Below, piece by piece: positions 1 through 12,519 of a DNA stretch of 64,000 bases. Both the position numbers and the translations under genes were made by a program. The DNA lies in the NCBI GenBank assembly GCA_030141605.1, contig JAQGDQ010000373.1, positions 164,636 through 228,635 of the forward strand, in the 5' to 3' direction. The stretch is from Tubiluchus corallicola (lineage: Eukaryota; Animalia; Priapulida). The notes under the pieces are model-generated. The model was not told the DNA's origin. It saw only the letters and a list, made by a program, of their open reading frames with translations, and did not search any database. Positions within the stretch are counted from its first letter, which is position 1, and every line of letters starts with the position of its first letter.

Positions 1-350
1 TACGTACCCAGATAAGCCTTCTCCTAACGTACAAAGCAGTTCAATCTCTTTAATTTTATTTTCAAACGCTTGGCTATTTGTTACTGTGTCAATTTCTTTT
101 CTTCAGGTCTGCTTAATCACTACCTATTTGGGTTTTTGTAAACTCATAATTAGCGCATAAGTTACGGTATCAATTTCTTTACTGGTCTGCTTATTCATTA
201 CTTTATTAGTGCATAACAGCCTCTGCCTATATAAACTGATTGTATGTTTGTAAATTTACTACTGATGACGACAGCAGTAGTCTGTTGAAACGTTTGGCAT
301 GATTGAACTTTGTAAAAGTAAAAGTTTTAATAAAGTTGTGTTTTTCTAAA
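1..350 (+). mobile_element. 3' end/terminal region of a Penelope-like retroelement (remnant) with hammerhead-like core
   Basis: Alignable by eye to 53622-54010, which directly follows a GIY-YIG coding remnant; contains CTGATGA(262-268)...GAAACGTT(287-294) then AATAAA. Confidence 0.75.
259..297 (+). ncRNA. Degenerate minimal type I hammerhead ribozyme motif (PLE-associated)
   Basis: CTGATGA-c-GACAG-loop-CTGTT-GAAA-CG-T-T-TGG; stem II pairs 270-274 with 282-286; palindromic AAACGTTT; stem I only about 3 bp. Confidence 0.55.
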
Positions 351-899
351 CATAAATGTTTTTTAAGTGCCTGTACTAAAAAAATCAGAATTGAATTAAA
401 AAATTATGTTTGAAAGGCCAAAAAATCAGTAGGCCTCTCATTTTTCATACGAGTTAAACCACACGATTGGCATATGCACAGTATGCGACAAAAAACATGA
501 TGCAGATGAAACAGTTCACTGCAAATGTCTCCCAGGAGGTAAACAGATACAAAGACGTCCTTGATAATCCTTCAGCAGTGTTTTGTTAGCCTTCCAAAAC
601 ACAGCAGGATGATACGTCTTCATCAAAGGCAGAAAAAACCGAATCTTGCCGGCTATTTGCATAAAAATGACACGCCATCTTTATGAGTGGGAATCATCTA
701 TTTTCGCTACAACTCCTTTAATGATTTATAGCCTGTTTTAATTTCACAGAATCAATGTTTGAAGTCATAACTCATTCTAGGATTTATAGATTGTAGAGAC
801 GTAGCTTGAAGCTATGTTAAAGGTAACCGTAGAGCCATTTTTGGCAGAGCAGGCACAGTGTCCGGCTGGCAACGACACTTATTTGCCACTACAGTGGTG

Positions 900-1103
900 C
901 TTGGTTCAAACCACACCTAGGTTGAAGTTTTTTTCGAGTCGTTTACAACTCGAGCAAAACTTTCTTACAGCCTTCCTAGACCTACTTAGGCACTTGGTGG
1001 CCACTACAGAGGTTGATAGTTCAAACCACACTTAGGCAGAAGTTTTTCGAGCCATTTACAATTTGAGTAAAACCTTTTGGCAGCTTTCCTAGATTCACTT
1101 AGC
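900..1103. repeat. Diverged tandem duplication, ~115-bp period, 2 copies
   Basis: GTTCAAACCACAC...TTCCTAGA..CACTTAG occurs at ~904 and ~1019. Confidence 0.75.
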
Positions 1104-1916
1104 CTTAATTGAGTACCTTATCACATACTGTGGTAAAAAAGACAAGCACGTCTGCCTTCATGTCTTGAGGCTCTGTAATGCTACAACCATCAGGGGCACG
1201 GAACCATTCATTTTTTCTTCTTCTATATGGGAAAAATGAATAACTTTCTGAAGATGGAATAAGAACCGGGGGAATTAAGAAGGGTTTACAATCTTTGAAT
1301 TGCTCAAAAGTGACCAATAAGAGGTTTTAGCTTTGGAGCCAAAGGTCTGCATGACGTCAAGACGTGGATTGTTTCAATAAGCCATTAAACTTATTGCAAA
1401 AGAACAGACAGACAACATTCACGTTCTTGCGTAAGTGAACTGAAACGTGAGAGACAAAGAGGACAAAAGAACCACTGGAATAAGGTGAAATGTTCAAGTA
1501 AGAGAAAAGTGAATCGATGAATCTTCTCAAAATCTGTGCGTCCACCAATAAAAGAGACGACATCAAAACTCTGGAAAACCTGAGCACTCAACCTCAAAGA
1601 AAGCACCCTCGTCAAAGAGGCGCCCCGCAACAGTTACGCAATAACCTCAAATTTCAACGAGGAAAAATTAGGAGAAAGTTTTCCTGAGTTCCTGATGCAA
1701 TTTAATGGCCGCAATAAAATAGTCGTTAGTTTGGACTTGAGCCTCGTCTGGAGTGATCGGGAAATGAATTACGAGATTGTATAGGAACGGTGAAGTAAAC
1801 ATACGGACCGTGTGTTGATTCAGCTAATTGATTGATTTTATTAGATTTGCTGCTAATAGAATTTCATTTCGTGTTGAAATTGATTTCATTGTCAACCTGT
1901 TAACAAAGAAGAAACA

Positions 1917-1948
<32 letters not shown>

Positions 1949-2511
1949 AAAGAAAAAAAGAAAGCAGATTAGGGACCATAGAAATAAGCCATTTCAGAGT
2001 TTTGTTGTACGCACGTGCAGTTGCTGTTGGTTAAAGGTTAAGTGTATCATAGCAACGCGTCTTAACTACAATCGTCACGTGACATGTAGGTAAAGCAAAA
2101 CACCAGTTCAGTAACTTCAGTTGCTTTACGTGGACTTTACTTAATTATGCATCAGTCTGTGCGTAGAGCGATTTACTAGCAGGATCTTGCTTGGGAACGA
2201 GAAAAAATAAACTAAGCAAGGTTCTAGCTAGCTGTTAAAACTGTTGCTAATTCAATAGCATGGGCTGCGAGGTGTTGTCAAGTGTCACAAATGAGTTGTA
2301 TGTTACGCTTAACCTATGACTTTTCACGATCACCATCAATCACTGGAAATGTGAAAAGGCTTATTGGGAACGTTCAACAGAACTTGCACTGGGCTAGAAC
2401 TAAGCTGTTACCATAGCAATTAGCCTAAGCGAATCATTCCAACAGAAAAGGCACATGATTAGTCTCTAAACTGCGAATGAACTGGTATCTAAAAGGGCTC
2501 ACTGATATTAA

Positions 2512-2970
2512 CCCTTTCAGTCCCAAATTATTTTTTTAATAAGAACATATTTTTTGGTTTGGTACTTTTGTTCAGTATGTCCATCTTGTTTACACATAAT
2601 AATTATTTTTTCTACCTGTGCCCTCGTGCTAAATATAGCCTGTATCCCACGGGATACATTGGGATTCAATGGAAGCATAAAATGTGCTTCATTTTGCAAC
2701 TGTTGATAATTTTTTGAAGTATTTAAGACATTTAGTATGCATGCTATGCTGATCTGTACAAAGTCATCTCTAAAGTACTGTACCTTGCACAGTTTTTTAT
2801 GCTATGTAGATTTTCTAGTTTGCCATTTTATCACTATTTTTAGTCTATTGTTATTGGCTTAAATCAAAATAACTATTAACAGATCAAATAACTGTCAGTT
2901 TTAAAATTTTATTAATTTTAAAGGCAGAAAATATTCTCGTATCCCACGGGATACAACGAGTATGAAAGGG
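2512..2970 (+). mobile_element. piggyBac-type non-autonomous MITE (family A, copy 1)
   Basis: TTAA|CCCTTTCA...TGAAAGGG|TTAA; near-identical copies at 51235-51662 (inverted) and 62940-63370. Confidence 0.9.
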
Positions 2971-3127
2971 TTAAGTGAAGTTACTTACGTACCTCCCAGA
3001 AAAACCATTTAATTCACTCCAAAAATCAAAGCATTTCGTGGTTAAATTTTAGCTGAAAATGTGCAAAGTGACAAATATGCAGATGGTCTGTCAGGCAATG
3101 TGTCGATCCTGCAACCTTCATTTAAGT

Positions 3128-3697
3128 AGGCCCAAACGTTTTGGACCACATGACCACGCCTACATTTCCACGCTTTACTGTGCCAGGCCCAAACGTTTTG
3201 GACCACATGACCACGCCTACATTTCCACGCTTTACTGTGCCAGGCCCAAACGTTTTGGACCACATGACCACGCCTACATTTCCACGCTTTACTGTGCCAG
3301 GCCCAAACGTGTTGGACCACATGACCACGCCTACATTTCCACGCTTTACTGTGCCAGGCCCAAACGTTTTGGACCACATGACCACGCCTACATTTCCACG
3401 CTTTACTGTGCCAGGCCCAAACGTTTTGGACCACATGACCACGCCTACATTTCCACGCTTTACTGTGCCAGGCCCAAACGTTTTGGACCACATGACCACG
3501 CCTACATTTCCACGCTTTACTGTGCCAGGCCCAAACGGTTTGGACCACATGACCATGCCTACATTTCCACGCTTTACTGTGCCAGGCCCAAACGCTTTGG
3601 ACCACATGACCACGCCTACATTTCCACGCTTTACTGTGCCAGGCCCAAACGTTTTGGACCACATGACCACGCCTACATTTCCACGCTTTACTGTGCC
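3128..3697. repeat. 57-bp minisatellite, 10 near-perfect copies
   Basis: Unit AGGCCCAAACGTTTTGGACCACATGACCACGCCTACATTTCCACGCTTTACTGTGCC; 570 bp = 10 x 57. Confidence 0.97.
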
Positions 3698-3907
3698 TGG
3701 CTCACCTTACCTAGTATATTCCAATATTCCAATATCAGGTACAACTTGCAAAGAAATACTTGGGTTTGGAGTTAGTTTTTTTGTTAATGCTGAGAAAGTA
3801 AACCACAACAGCAACAATTTAAGTTGAAAGTCCCTGGTTCAAATCTCAAGACAGTAAATTTTTTTAACTTCTTCTCGACAGGGAGGATACACCTACATCG
3901 CTCTTAC

Positions 3908-4077
3908 CTTTTCAGTGTTCCGGAAGTCATAAGCTCCGTGATGAGGACGATGTACTTCGGTTTGGCATTCACCTCCCAGTAATCAAAGAATCGCACGATG
4001 CTAGGATGCTGCAGCTCCTTCAGCATCTGTGCTTCTTCCTTAAAGCGCTGCCTCTCCTTCCGGTCCAACTTCCGCTC
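3908..4077 (-). CDS. WNK: WNK kinase, second coding exon (kinase subdomains II-V)
   Basis: [56 protein letters not shown] matches the WNK pattern ([20 protein letters not shown]...[10 protein letters not shown]); acceptor ttctttcag|GAG, donor AAAAG|gtaaga; 170 bp, phase 0 in, phase 2 out. Confidence 0.95.
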
Positions 4078-4140
4078 CTGAAAGAATGCAAGTGGGTGAT
4101 TTACAACTAGGCTCATGTAATCTTGTTTTTGTAAACACAC

Positions 4141-4791
4141 ATTTTTAACAAAAATTGACAGTGGGCTGTTTTTCTTCAGTCGACGAATGATGTCATTGGT
4201 GGAATAATGAGTGCTCAAAATGGGAACGTTCAATATTTTTGACAAAAACTGACAGTGGGCTGTTGTTCTTCAGTCAACGAATGATGTCATTGGTGGAATA
4301 ATGAGTGCTCAAAATGGGAACGTTCAATATTTTTGACAAAAACTGACAGTGGGCTGTTGTTCTTCAGTCGACGAATGATGTCATTGGTGGAATAATGAGT
4401 GCTCAAAATGGGAACGTTCAATATTTTTGACAAAAATTGACAGTGGGCTGTTTTTCTTCAGTCGATGAATGACGTCACTGGTGGAATAATTAGTGCTCAA
4501 AATGGGAACGTTCAATATTTTTGACAAAAATTGACAGTGGGCTGTTTTTCTTCAGTCGATGAATGACGTCATTGGTGGAATGAGTGCTCAAAATGGGAAT
4601 GTTCAATATTTTTGACAAAAATTGACAGTGGGCTGTTTTTCTTCAGTCGATGAATGACGTCATTGGTGGAATAATGAGTGCTCAAAATGGGAATGTTCAA
4701 TATTTTTGACAAAAATTGACAGTGGGCTGTTTTTCTTCAGTCGATGAATGATGTCATTGGTGGAATAATGAGCGCTCAAAATGGGAATGTC
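4141..4791. repeat. 94-bp minisatellite, ~7 copies
   Basis: Unit ATTTTTGACAAAAATTGACAGTGGGCTG...AAAATGGGAACGTTCAAT starts at 4141, 4235, 4329 and onward. Confidence 0.95.
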
Positions 4792-5221
4792 TAAGCGTCA
4801 AAGTGATTTTACTAATTACACGAGGTGCTCACTGCACTTTTGTTGCTAAAATTTTGAAGCATTTTTCGCGAACATTGAAATAAGCCTAACTTCCCAAAAA
4901 GCTTGACGTTTCCTTTAAGTTCAGTAAGAGAAGCCCTCTATTAGCTGTTATTCACTGAACCATTGATAGCTTTGGCTAGGCCTTATCAGACCGTTACCTG
5001 AACATGTATAAATCATCTACGCACATTAATGGACAGGTACAACTCATAAATTTTGCTAATTAGTGATTGATGAATTGAAACCCTGGGGGAAAATTCATCA
5101 AAGTTTATTTAACAGAGCACCTAGATAAGTAGGCAGCAGTATGGCGTCTGCCAGACATCGTTAATGTATCGAGTATTTAATGAGATTTTAAAATTTAAAA
5201 CTGCGTCGATAAACGAAAGGT

Positions 5222-5315
5222 AAGAGAAAAAAGAGAAAGACAGGAGGAGAGAGGAGAACGAGAGAGAGAGGGAGAGAGAGAGAGAGGGAGAGAGAGAGAG
5301 TGAGTGAGTGAGAGG

Positions 5316-5357
<42 letters not shown>

Positions 5358-5486
5358 GAGAGGGAGAGAGAGAGAGTGAGTGAGAGGGAGAGAAAGAGAG
5401 AGAGAGAGAGAGGGAGGGAGAGAGAGGGAGCGAGAGAGAGAGAGAGCGACAGAGAGAGAGAGAGAGGGAGAGGGAGCGAGAGAGAG

Positions 5487-5535
<49 letters not shown>

Positions 5536-5546
5536 AGAGGAGAGAG

Positions 5547-5617
<71 letters not shown>
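5222..5617. repeat. (GA)n microsatellite/polypurine tract
   Basis: Directly visible; explains the SLSL/ERER ORFs. Confidence 0.97.
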
Positions 5618-5618
<1 letters not shown>

Positions 5619-5965
5619 ACAGATGTATAAACTTCCCACATTACAACAAGTTATAATTTGTCTGGTAGTCAGCAGAAGTTAGCAGAAGCAAATGTAATCA
5701 AATTTCTAAGCAGCAGAAGAAGTGAGCCATCTCTAGCACGCCATTCGTGTACAATCATAAAAATCTTTTCCTCATTCCATTTCCAATGTGTTGCGTGCCA
5801 CTAAATAATTCATAGCAATACAATTATCACCATAACACCCACTATCATTCACCACTACTAGTACCTCCACCAACATGATGACCCGAGTCCTCTCCTGTCA
5901 TTTCCCCAGATTCCTAGATCTTATCAGATGTTACGTTTCTTCTCTAGGTGCAGTGACGGTTCGTG

Positions 5966-6055
5966 TATAGCACGATGGGAACTGCAGCGCCCCCTATTTT
6001 CACTCAATATTATGGATAATATTCAATAAAATAAGTCTTTTTTCTTGAATTCTTT
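5966..6055. mobile_element. End of an unclassified dispersed repeat (inverted copy at ~27190-27265)
   Basis: TATAGC...GCRCCCCCTATTTTCACTCAATATTAT..ATA.TATTCAATA shared with the reverse complement of 27190-27265. Confidence 0.55.
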
Positions 6056-6822
6056 CTTTATACTTGTACGGAGCCACAGCACGCGAAGGCAGTACTGTTT
6101 GCTTCACAGCCCAGCACAGTGCGCTCCAGCAACGTGGTGTTTGGCTGTTGTGCGCATGCGGCATTGTCCACACGTTTGAGCCCAGGTAGAGAAAGTACTG
6201 TTACTCACACAGTTTGTTATCAGTAGTCACGTGCTTACCGTGAATGGATCAAGCTTCAACTGCGACAATTTAGGCTATTAATAAAAGCAAAAACCATTTT
6301 TTGCTCACGATTTTATCAAGTTTATGCATAAACTTTCGTATGTTTGTTTGTTTAAACTTACATTTACAACATTAAAATTAAATATGTTTGTTTCGTTGTA
6401 CACAGTAGTAAAACAATGGCTAAAAATTTTCTGAAACAGCACCCCCACTAATTTTAGCACCCTTTAACGTTTCAGCGTTCTTGCTATTGTTATACGTAAC
6501 AGGGAAGGGTGGTAATAACTCACATAGCTACATCACCTTGTGATGGTTGTCTGTGGTGACCGCTGGCCGTGTTTAGACTTAACGAGCTGACGCAGGTTGT
6601 TTCTAGGAAAGTCGATAAAAGCGAATTGTTAAACCTGCCCGCAGCTTAAACACGTGAAGCCAAACACGGAAAGCTGAAACCACCTATAATGGCTTCAGAG
6701 CCAATTTAACTGATGCATGAATCTCTCTGACTGCCCACTCACTTCTGTGCAACCTTGCTGGTGAGGAATAAACCTTGACCCTTGCTTGTTTCCATGCAAC
6801 CTTTAGCGAGACAAAAGTAATA

Positions 6823-7090
6823 CAGTAAGTACGCCCTTAACGACGCCAATGCGTTCCAGCAAAATGCGACCTTAAGCGAAAAGTCGTTAAACGAAACCAA
6901 AATATCCATAGAAAGTGATGTAAAAGAATTGAGATAATGCTGCTTAAGTCATAAAAATTAAACGTTTTATGAGGTTCTTTATGCGTTTTACTAATTAGTT
7001 TCTTTTCACGTGCTTAAAAGAGAAGCAAATGTTCAGTGTCGTTAAAACGAAACGTCGCTAAATGGGGAGTTGTTAAGCGAGTACTTACTG
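6823..7090. mobile_element. Tc1/mariner-pogo (Tigger-like) MITE, 268 bp
   Basis: TA|CAGTAAGTACGCCCTTAACGAC ... GTTGTTAAGCGAGTACTTACTG|TA: imperfect ~22-bp TIR, TA TSD. Confidence 0.85.
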
Positions 7091-7379
7091 TAACACAAAA
7101 GACTTTAGAAAACGCTTCAGATAAACTCCAGACTTAACCGCTAGAGTCGTTCTCACCGGGACCTTTTATCAAATTTGAAGAAGCACCCAAAATATTGCCA
7201 GATTCCGGGAGAAGTTTAGCAGTATATTGGACAAAGCGTCGTTCACAAACTGCTGGAAAACGGATTGCCCATTTATTTCCAATTTACATTTTAAACAGAT
7301 ATCCATGCAAATGCAGTGATGACAACGCATTAGCTGATTGGATCTAAATTCAATTGTTGGTTTCCTGGTCATTATGTGC

Positions 7380-7484
7380 ATTATATGTGCATTTGCACAC
7401 TTGCCACTGCAGTCATTATGTGCATTTGCACACTTGCCACTGCAGTCATTATGTGCATTTGCACACTTGCCACTGCAGCCATTA
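7380..7484. repeat. 33-bp tandem repeat, ~3 copies
   Basis: ATTATGTGCATTTGCACACTTGCCACTGCAGTC repeated. Confidence 0.9.
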
Positions 7485-7889
7485 TCAAACTGTCTATGTG
7501 AGCACTCTGCTGTTATTACCACACAAATTTCATACGCGGGAGAATTCTTGAAAAGTCATAACGACACTGTCTAAGCGAGCGGCTAATGCAGTCATCATCA
7601 CAGCATCTTCGCCAGTGCTACCTACACTCATCATCGGATGTTCTATGCCACTTACCTATGCACTGCAAATCAGTAGCTCAATGTTAATCTATACGAGTGT
7701 TGGTCTATATCTACGCAGCAGATTCTTTACTATGTCTATGTGAGCAAAGACTAGTCGTTCCCTCACCATCCACAACAGCTCAACTAGTCATTACCTCACC
7801 ACCCACTACCTTACTACCATATACTATGAACGAGAGTAGCCACTAGTCATTATCAACCACGAGAGTAGACACTAGTCATTATCTACCTA

Positions 7890-8350
7890 CTGCAGACCAT
7901 TTAGTCATTACCAGGTCATCTACTACAGAATCATTTAGTCGTTACCATGTCATCGACTACAGTATCATTTAGTCGCTGCCACGCCATCTAGTACAGTATC
8001 ATTTAGTCATTACCATGCTATCGATTACAGTATCATTTAGTCGTTACCATGCTATCGACTACAGTATCATTTAGTTGTTACCATGCTATCGACTACAGTA
8101 TCATTTAGTCGTTACCATGCCATGTACTACAGTATAATTTAGTCGCTGCCATGCCATCTACTACAGTATCATTTAGTCATTACCATGCCATCTAGTACAG
8201 TATCATTTAGTCATTACCATGCCATCGACTATAGTATCATTTAGTCGTTACAATGCTATCGACTACAGTATCATTTAGTCGTTACCATGCCATCTACTAC
8301 AGTACCACAGTCATTAACACACCGTCTACTACAGTACCATAGTCATTAGC
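7890..8350. repeat. 34-bp minisatellite (~13 copies) with decayed flanking copies to ~7750 and ~8560
   Basis: TCATTTAGTCRTTACCATGCYATCKACTACAGTA at 7931, 7965, 7999 and onward. Confidence 0.9.
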
Positions 8351-9921
8351 TACCATTAGTACCATATCTACAACAGTACCCTTTAACCATCGTCAAGCAC
8401 CATCCAGCAGAGTAACTAGTCGTAACACCACACAGTCTACGTAAGCACCCATAAAGCACCAACTAAAGCACCAACTAGTCAATACCAAAACCACTAGTCA
8501 ATGAAATACCTACTAGTCATTCTTACACCAGCCATAATAGCATCCACTAGTCATTACGGGAGCAGCCGCTGATAATTCCTGACGGTTATTACCACAACAC
8601 CGACACCAGGGTCACCACAAACTTAACAAAGTCATAAAACCAGCCCACAAACAAGAGGTTATAAATTACAACAGATGGACGAGGCCTGCGAAGCTTGACT
8701 TTTATTTCAGCAACAAACAGGGCGTATTAACCAATTGACCAACTAGGCTATAACCTAGGCCACCAAAGTTTAAGGACGTCACATTTTAGAAAAAAATCTT
8801 ATTCTCCCCGGTATACTTTCATATTCATGCAATTGGTGCATTTTATAACACACCACAGACAGTTACTGAGATCAGATTTTATATAAGTACAACATAACAT
8901 ACAGGTGCAAGGTATTACACAGCAAGCAGTTGAACAGCCTGTTTGAATGTAAGCGCTATGCAAATACATGTAATTGATAATGACAACATATTAACTAGTG
9001 TATCTAATACACCACAAGTAATTGCTTAATCTGTTCATTACATAAATAACCATAAATTCACAACACGGATGGGTGGCACAAAATTATCAGCCCAGGGCGT
9101 CCTAAAGTCTTTATACGCCCATAGCAACAATTGCGATGGCAGTTTCTATCTAGTATCCACTAACTCAAACTTTGAAGGGCTGTAAATTTCCATCAAGAAT
9201 TTCGTCCGCAATACGTTGTCAACCGTAATGAAATGGGACATGAAGAACTAATATATCAGCGCTGACAGATTGAGCCTGGTCACGTGACCGAGCTGCTCAA
9301 TATTTCTCGCAATCATCGTTCATCAGCAAAAGCCAGATCACGTGACACAAATGATTCCTAATTGCCGTAGTCAGCAATATAGCGATTGTTTACGTCTGGA
9401 CTACACAAACAGAAGTTGTCCATTTCATAATGAAACACAATCTACGAGACATAAAGTCCATTATATAGAAACTTTACATATTTAGAAACAAAAACTAGTC
9501 TACTTTACTCTAGTCTATGCAAATTATACTATTAGTTTAACGAAAACCAATACTTGTCGTAGTAGTGGATGAAGCGGACAAGAACATAACTCGTCAAGCC
9601 AGACATACGCGTTGCTGACACGCCGTCAATTGTGGGCATGCAACTATGGCTACTCGATAAAATTGTACGTGTGCCAATGTTATCGTCACGTTACTGGCAC
9701 TGGCTTCAGTTTTCCGACTAAAACTAATCCTACGCGTGACAAGTCTTCAACTACAGAAAGAGAGAATCAAATTGTGGCTCCCTTGTTGACGACGCCACAT
9801 TTTTTAAAGTAAAACAGCACGGCTGTGCTAAAACTGCTGACGACTTTGTGAGAAAACATTCTTTCAGTATCTTCTCATTAGCCACCTTCTTGTGTTAAAG
9901 TCTCACAACGTGTTAAATTAC

Positions 9922-10523
9922 AGCAAAACAGGAACAAATCTTAAAGCAGAAGGTCAAGACAATCTACTCTTTAAAATGTTGAAAGGAACCATACTATTTT
10001 TTTCAAAAATGATTTACGTGAAAGAATTATTACCACACAAACACAATTTCACGTTCACACCATTAGCTCTTTGCTGTTACATGCATTTCGTCATTCGTCA
10101 ATTAGACGGGCACTAGCGCCTGCATTTCGGAAACGCAATGCACAAAAAATAGATGCAATACCTCTCAGTTCAGATATGTTAGTTTGTGAAGCAGTACACA
10201 CGTTCGACAGCCCAGTGGTGAATTTGAAATTTAAATTTTTATTTTAAACTTGCATAGTTTTAGTACAACACACTAAATATCTCACAGTAGCACTGTACTT
10301 CAACTTTCGCAAACACGAGCACAACACGCTCGTGGAATATTATGTTGAAAAATATGTTAGTTTGTGATGTCATCAATAGTTTAGCTCGCCCGCCGTTAAT
10401 TAATTGTTTAATGTATCACTTAATTATCAGAAACGCTTTTGCAGTATTAATTGTGATAAAATGTACACTTTATGTCGGACTTGAAAATGGGGTAGTGTGT
10501 ATGAAAAATCATCCTGTCTTCCT
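9922..10523 (+). mobile_element. Kolobok-type TTAA MITE (family B)
   Basis: Ends ...CATCCTGTCTTCCT|TTAA; body homologous to copies at 31978, 35067, 39217, 42010 and 59035. Confidence 0.8.
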
Positions 10524-11403
10524 TTAAGCACATTTAGTGCTCGAGACGTGAAAGAAATGAGAACAGAAATAGACCACATTACTTATTGATTAGCAACCAT
10601 AAACAAGCTAACGCTTACATCCATTAGCCATCAGCAAGGAGTGTACGCAGCTGATATTAGATACATAATTACCGGTTGCACCAATAATTCCTATTATATA
10701 ATTCCGGCGCTTACGTTAAAGTTCGTTACGTGAGTTTACTAAGACTAACTGCATTATTAAAGAAAAACAGGATGATTTTTCTTATACCATCCCATGCTTA
10801 CAAATGCAAGCTTATACAATTTACATGTGAACAAAACATACGTGCACCCGTTCCAACGTTTTGCATTCCGGACCGAATGCTTCTCATTCTGGACTAGCTT
10901 AAACCTAGCTCAAGTTTCCAATCTACTGATGCCATTAAAATCTTCAACGCAAACATCTTCAATCATCATGAAATCTCTCACCCCCCCCCCCCCAATCACA
11001 ACCAGGGTAACTTAACACCTACATCTTTGTAATATAGTAGCAGTGACAGTAATTATCACTCACTCGACAGAGCTGCGCCAGGGAGGACACTAGCCAAACA
11101 TTTGTCTCATATCTCGTTAAGCTCTGAATCTGGGTCAACATTAATGAGTTCTCTCAGCTTCCCAACTAGCCGCTGAACGCTAACACAGCGTCTGATGAGG
11201 ATATGCCTCGTCCGGTCAGCACAGCAACGATAATTACTCTAATCAGTGTGCAAAATTATAGTTTAGTTTATTGACGAACAACACAATAAAAAATTACACG
11301 TCACACAATGCATTCCAACACTTGGAGGATGTGATCGTCATAATTATTGAAACAGTAGAGGTTAAACAGTAAATAAGATCTACACGTTTACAAAACTAAT
11401 ATA

Positions 11404-11810
11404 GGTTTTACATGTCAAATGTAGATTTAGGTAATTCAAATGTGTCTTGGTAACTCAAATGTAGACTTAGGTAGTTCAAATGTGTTAACAATGAACAAAT
11501 CTTAAGCGTTTTTGGTAAGTCAAATGTAGACACATGTCAAGTCAAATGTGACATTTGTATCTCAAATGTGGATAGGTGGTAAAGTTTAAGGATGTTAAAT
11601 TTAATCTTCTTTAATTTCAATTTAATAATTGCTCCTAAGTTAAAATAACAACGTTATAGGCCTACTAATAGATGCACTATCTTTGGTTTATCTTTTTCTA
11701 ATTTGCACTTAAATAACTTAATTACCGATTTATTCAAAGTAATGCATCTACATTTGACTTACCTAAGTCACATTTGAACTTTCCTGTGTCTACATTTGAC
11801 GTGTAAAACC
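11404..11810. mobile_element. MITE with long, internally repetitive TIRs (unclassified)
   Basis: TATA|GGTTTTACATGTCAAATGTAGA... mirrored by ...TCTACATTTGACGTGTAAAACC|TATA; arms built of TCAAATGT units. Confidence 0.8.
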
Positions 11811-12519
11811 TATATAATTACATAAATGCGATTTTGCTATCAATTGAATATGATTTTCTGTGACAGAGGTATTATTTTCTTCTTTCAAAACAGTCTGTGG
11901 TATAATTTGTTTTTATTTATGATTATTTGAATTGACATTAGAATTGGTCATTATGTTTATTAGAATTGTACTTGCTGTTTTTCATTGTGTATAATGTGTG
12001 TAAATTTTTGTCACTAAGTATTAAAATATGTTCGTTACCTTTTATTATGTATGTATGTAGTGTTTAGTCTGTAACTATGTCCATTGTATATATGATCGTT
12101 GTCGTTCAATGCGTCTCATGCGTTGGATTCTAAATTATCTATCTATGTGAATAGGTTTAATACGTTACTTCTTAAATCCTTTTAGAAATTTTAAACATAT
12201 CCCTACAAATAGAGGGAATGTATTCTCTGTACATAGTTTTTAAAAATAAAGAATTATAATAATAAAAAAGATATAATTTGAAATTAAATTTGCAAGTTCA
12301 CTTTCATTTTCGTTCATCGGAAATATAAATTTTTCCTGTACCGTAAGATTAACAAAGTTTGGCGAAATTTCATTGACATGAGAGAACAGGCTTTGTTAAT
12401 TGCTACATTCAAGAATTAAATGCTCTCCGTCATCAATTTTTTTTGATCTGTACAAAAATTGCATAGTCTGTTGTTATAAACCATGGCTTGTAATACAAAC
12501 AGATTTTGTAATACAAACA

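Noticed and set aside
1105-1630. Short minus-strand ORFs as WNK exon 3 or an alternative exon
   Set aside because: No HRDLKCDN/IGDLG motifs; the candidate donors are phase 0, whereas phase 2 is needed. Exon 3 lies outside the window.
3042-3827. Four long overlapping ORFs with 19-aa periodicity; superficially CRISPR-like array
   Set aside because: Products of a stop-poor 57-bp repeat; no unique spacers, no cas genes, eukaryotic intron.
5121-5682. SLSL/ERER ORFs (also 48399-49039, 60723-60965, 61031-62443)
   Set aside because: Translations of microsatellites.
7645-7675. Minus-strand ATAG|GTAAGT as a recursive splice site
   Set aside because: No convincing polypyrimidine tract; expected by chance in 39 kb.
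11190-11220. CTGATGAGG...CC hammerhead-like start
   Set aside because: No GAAA after the stem.
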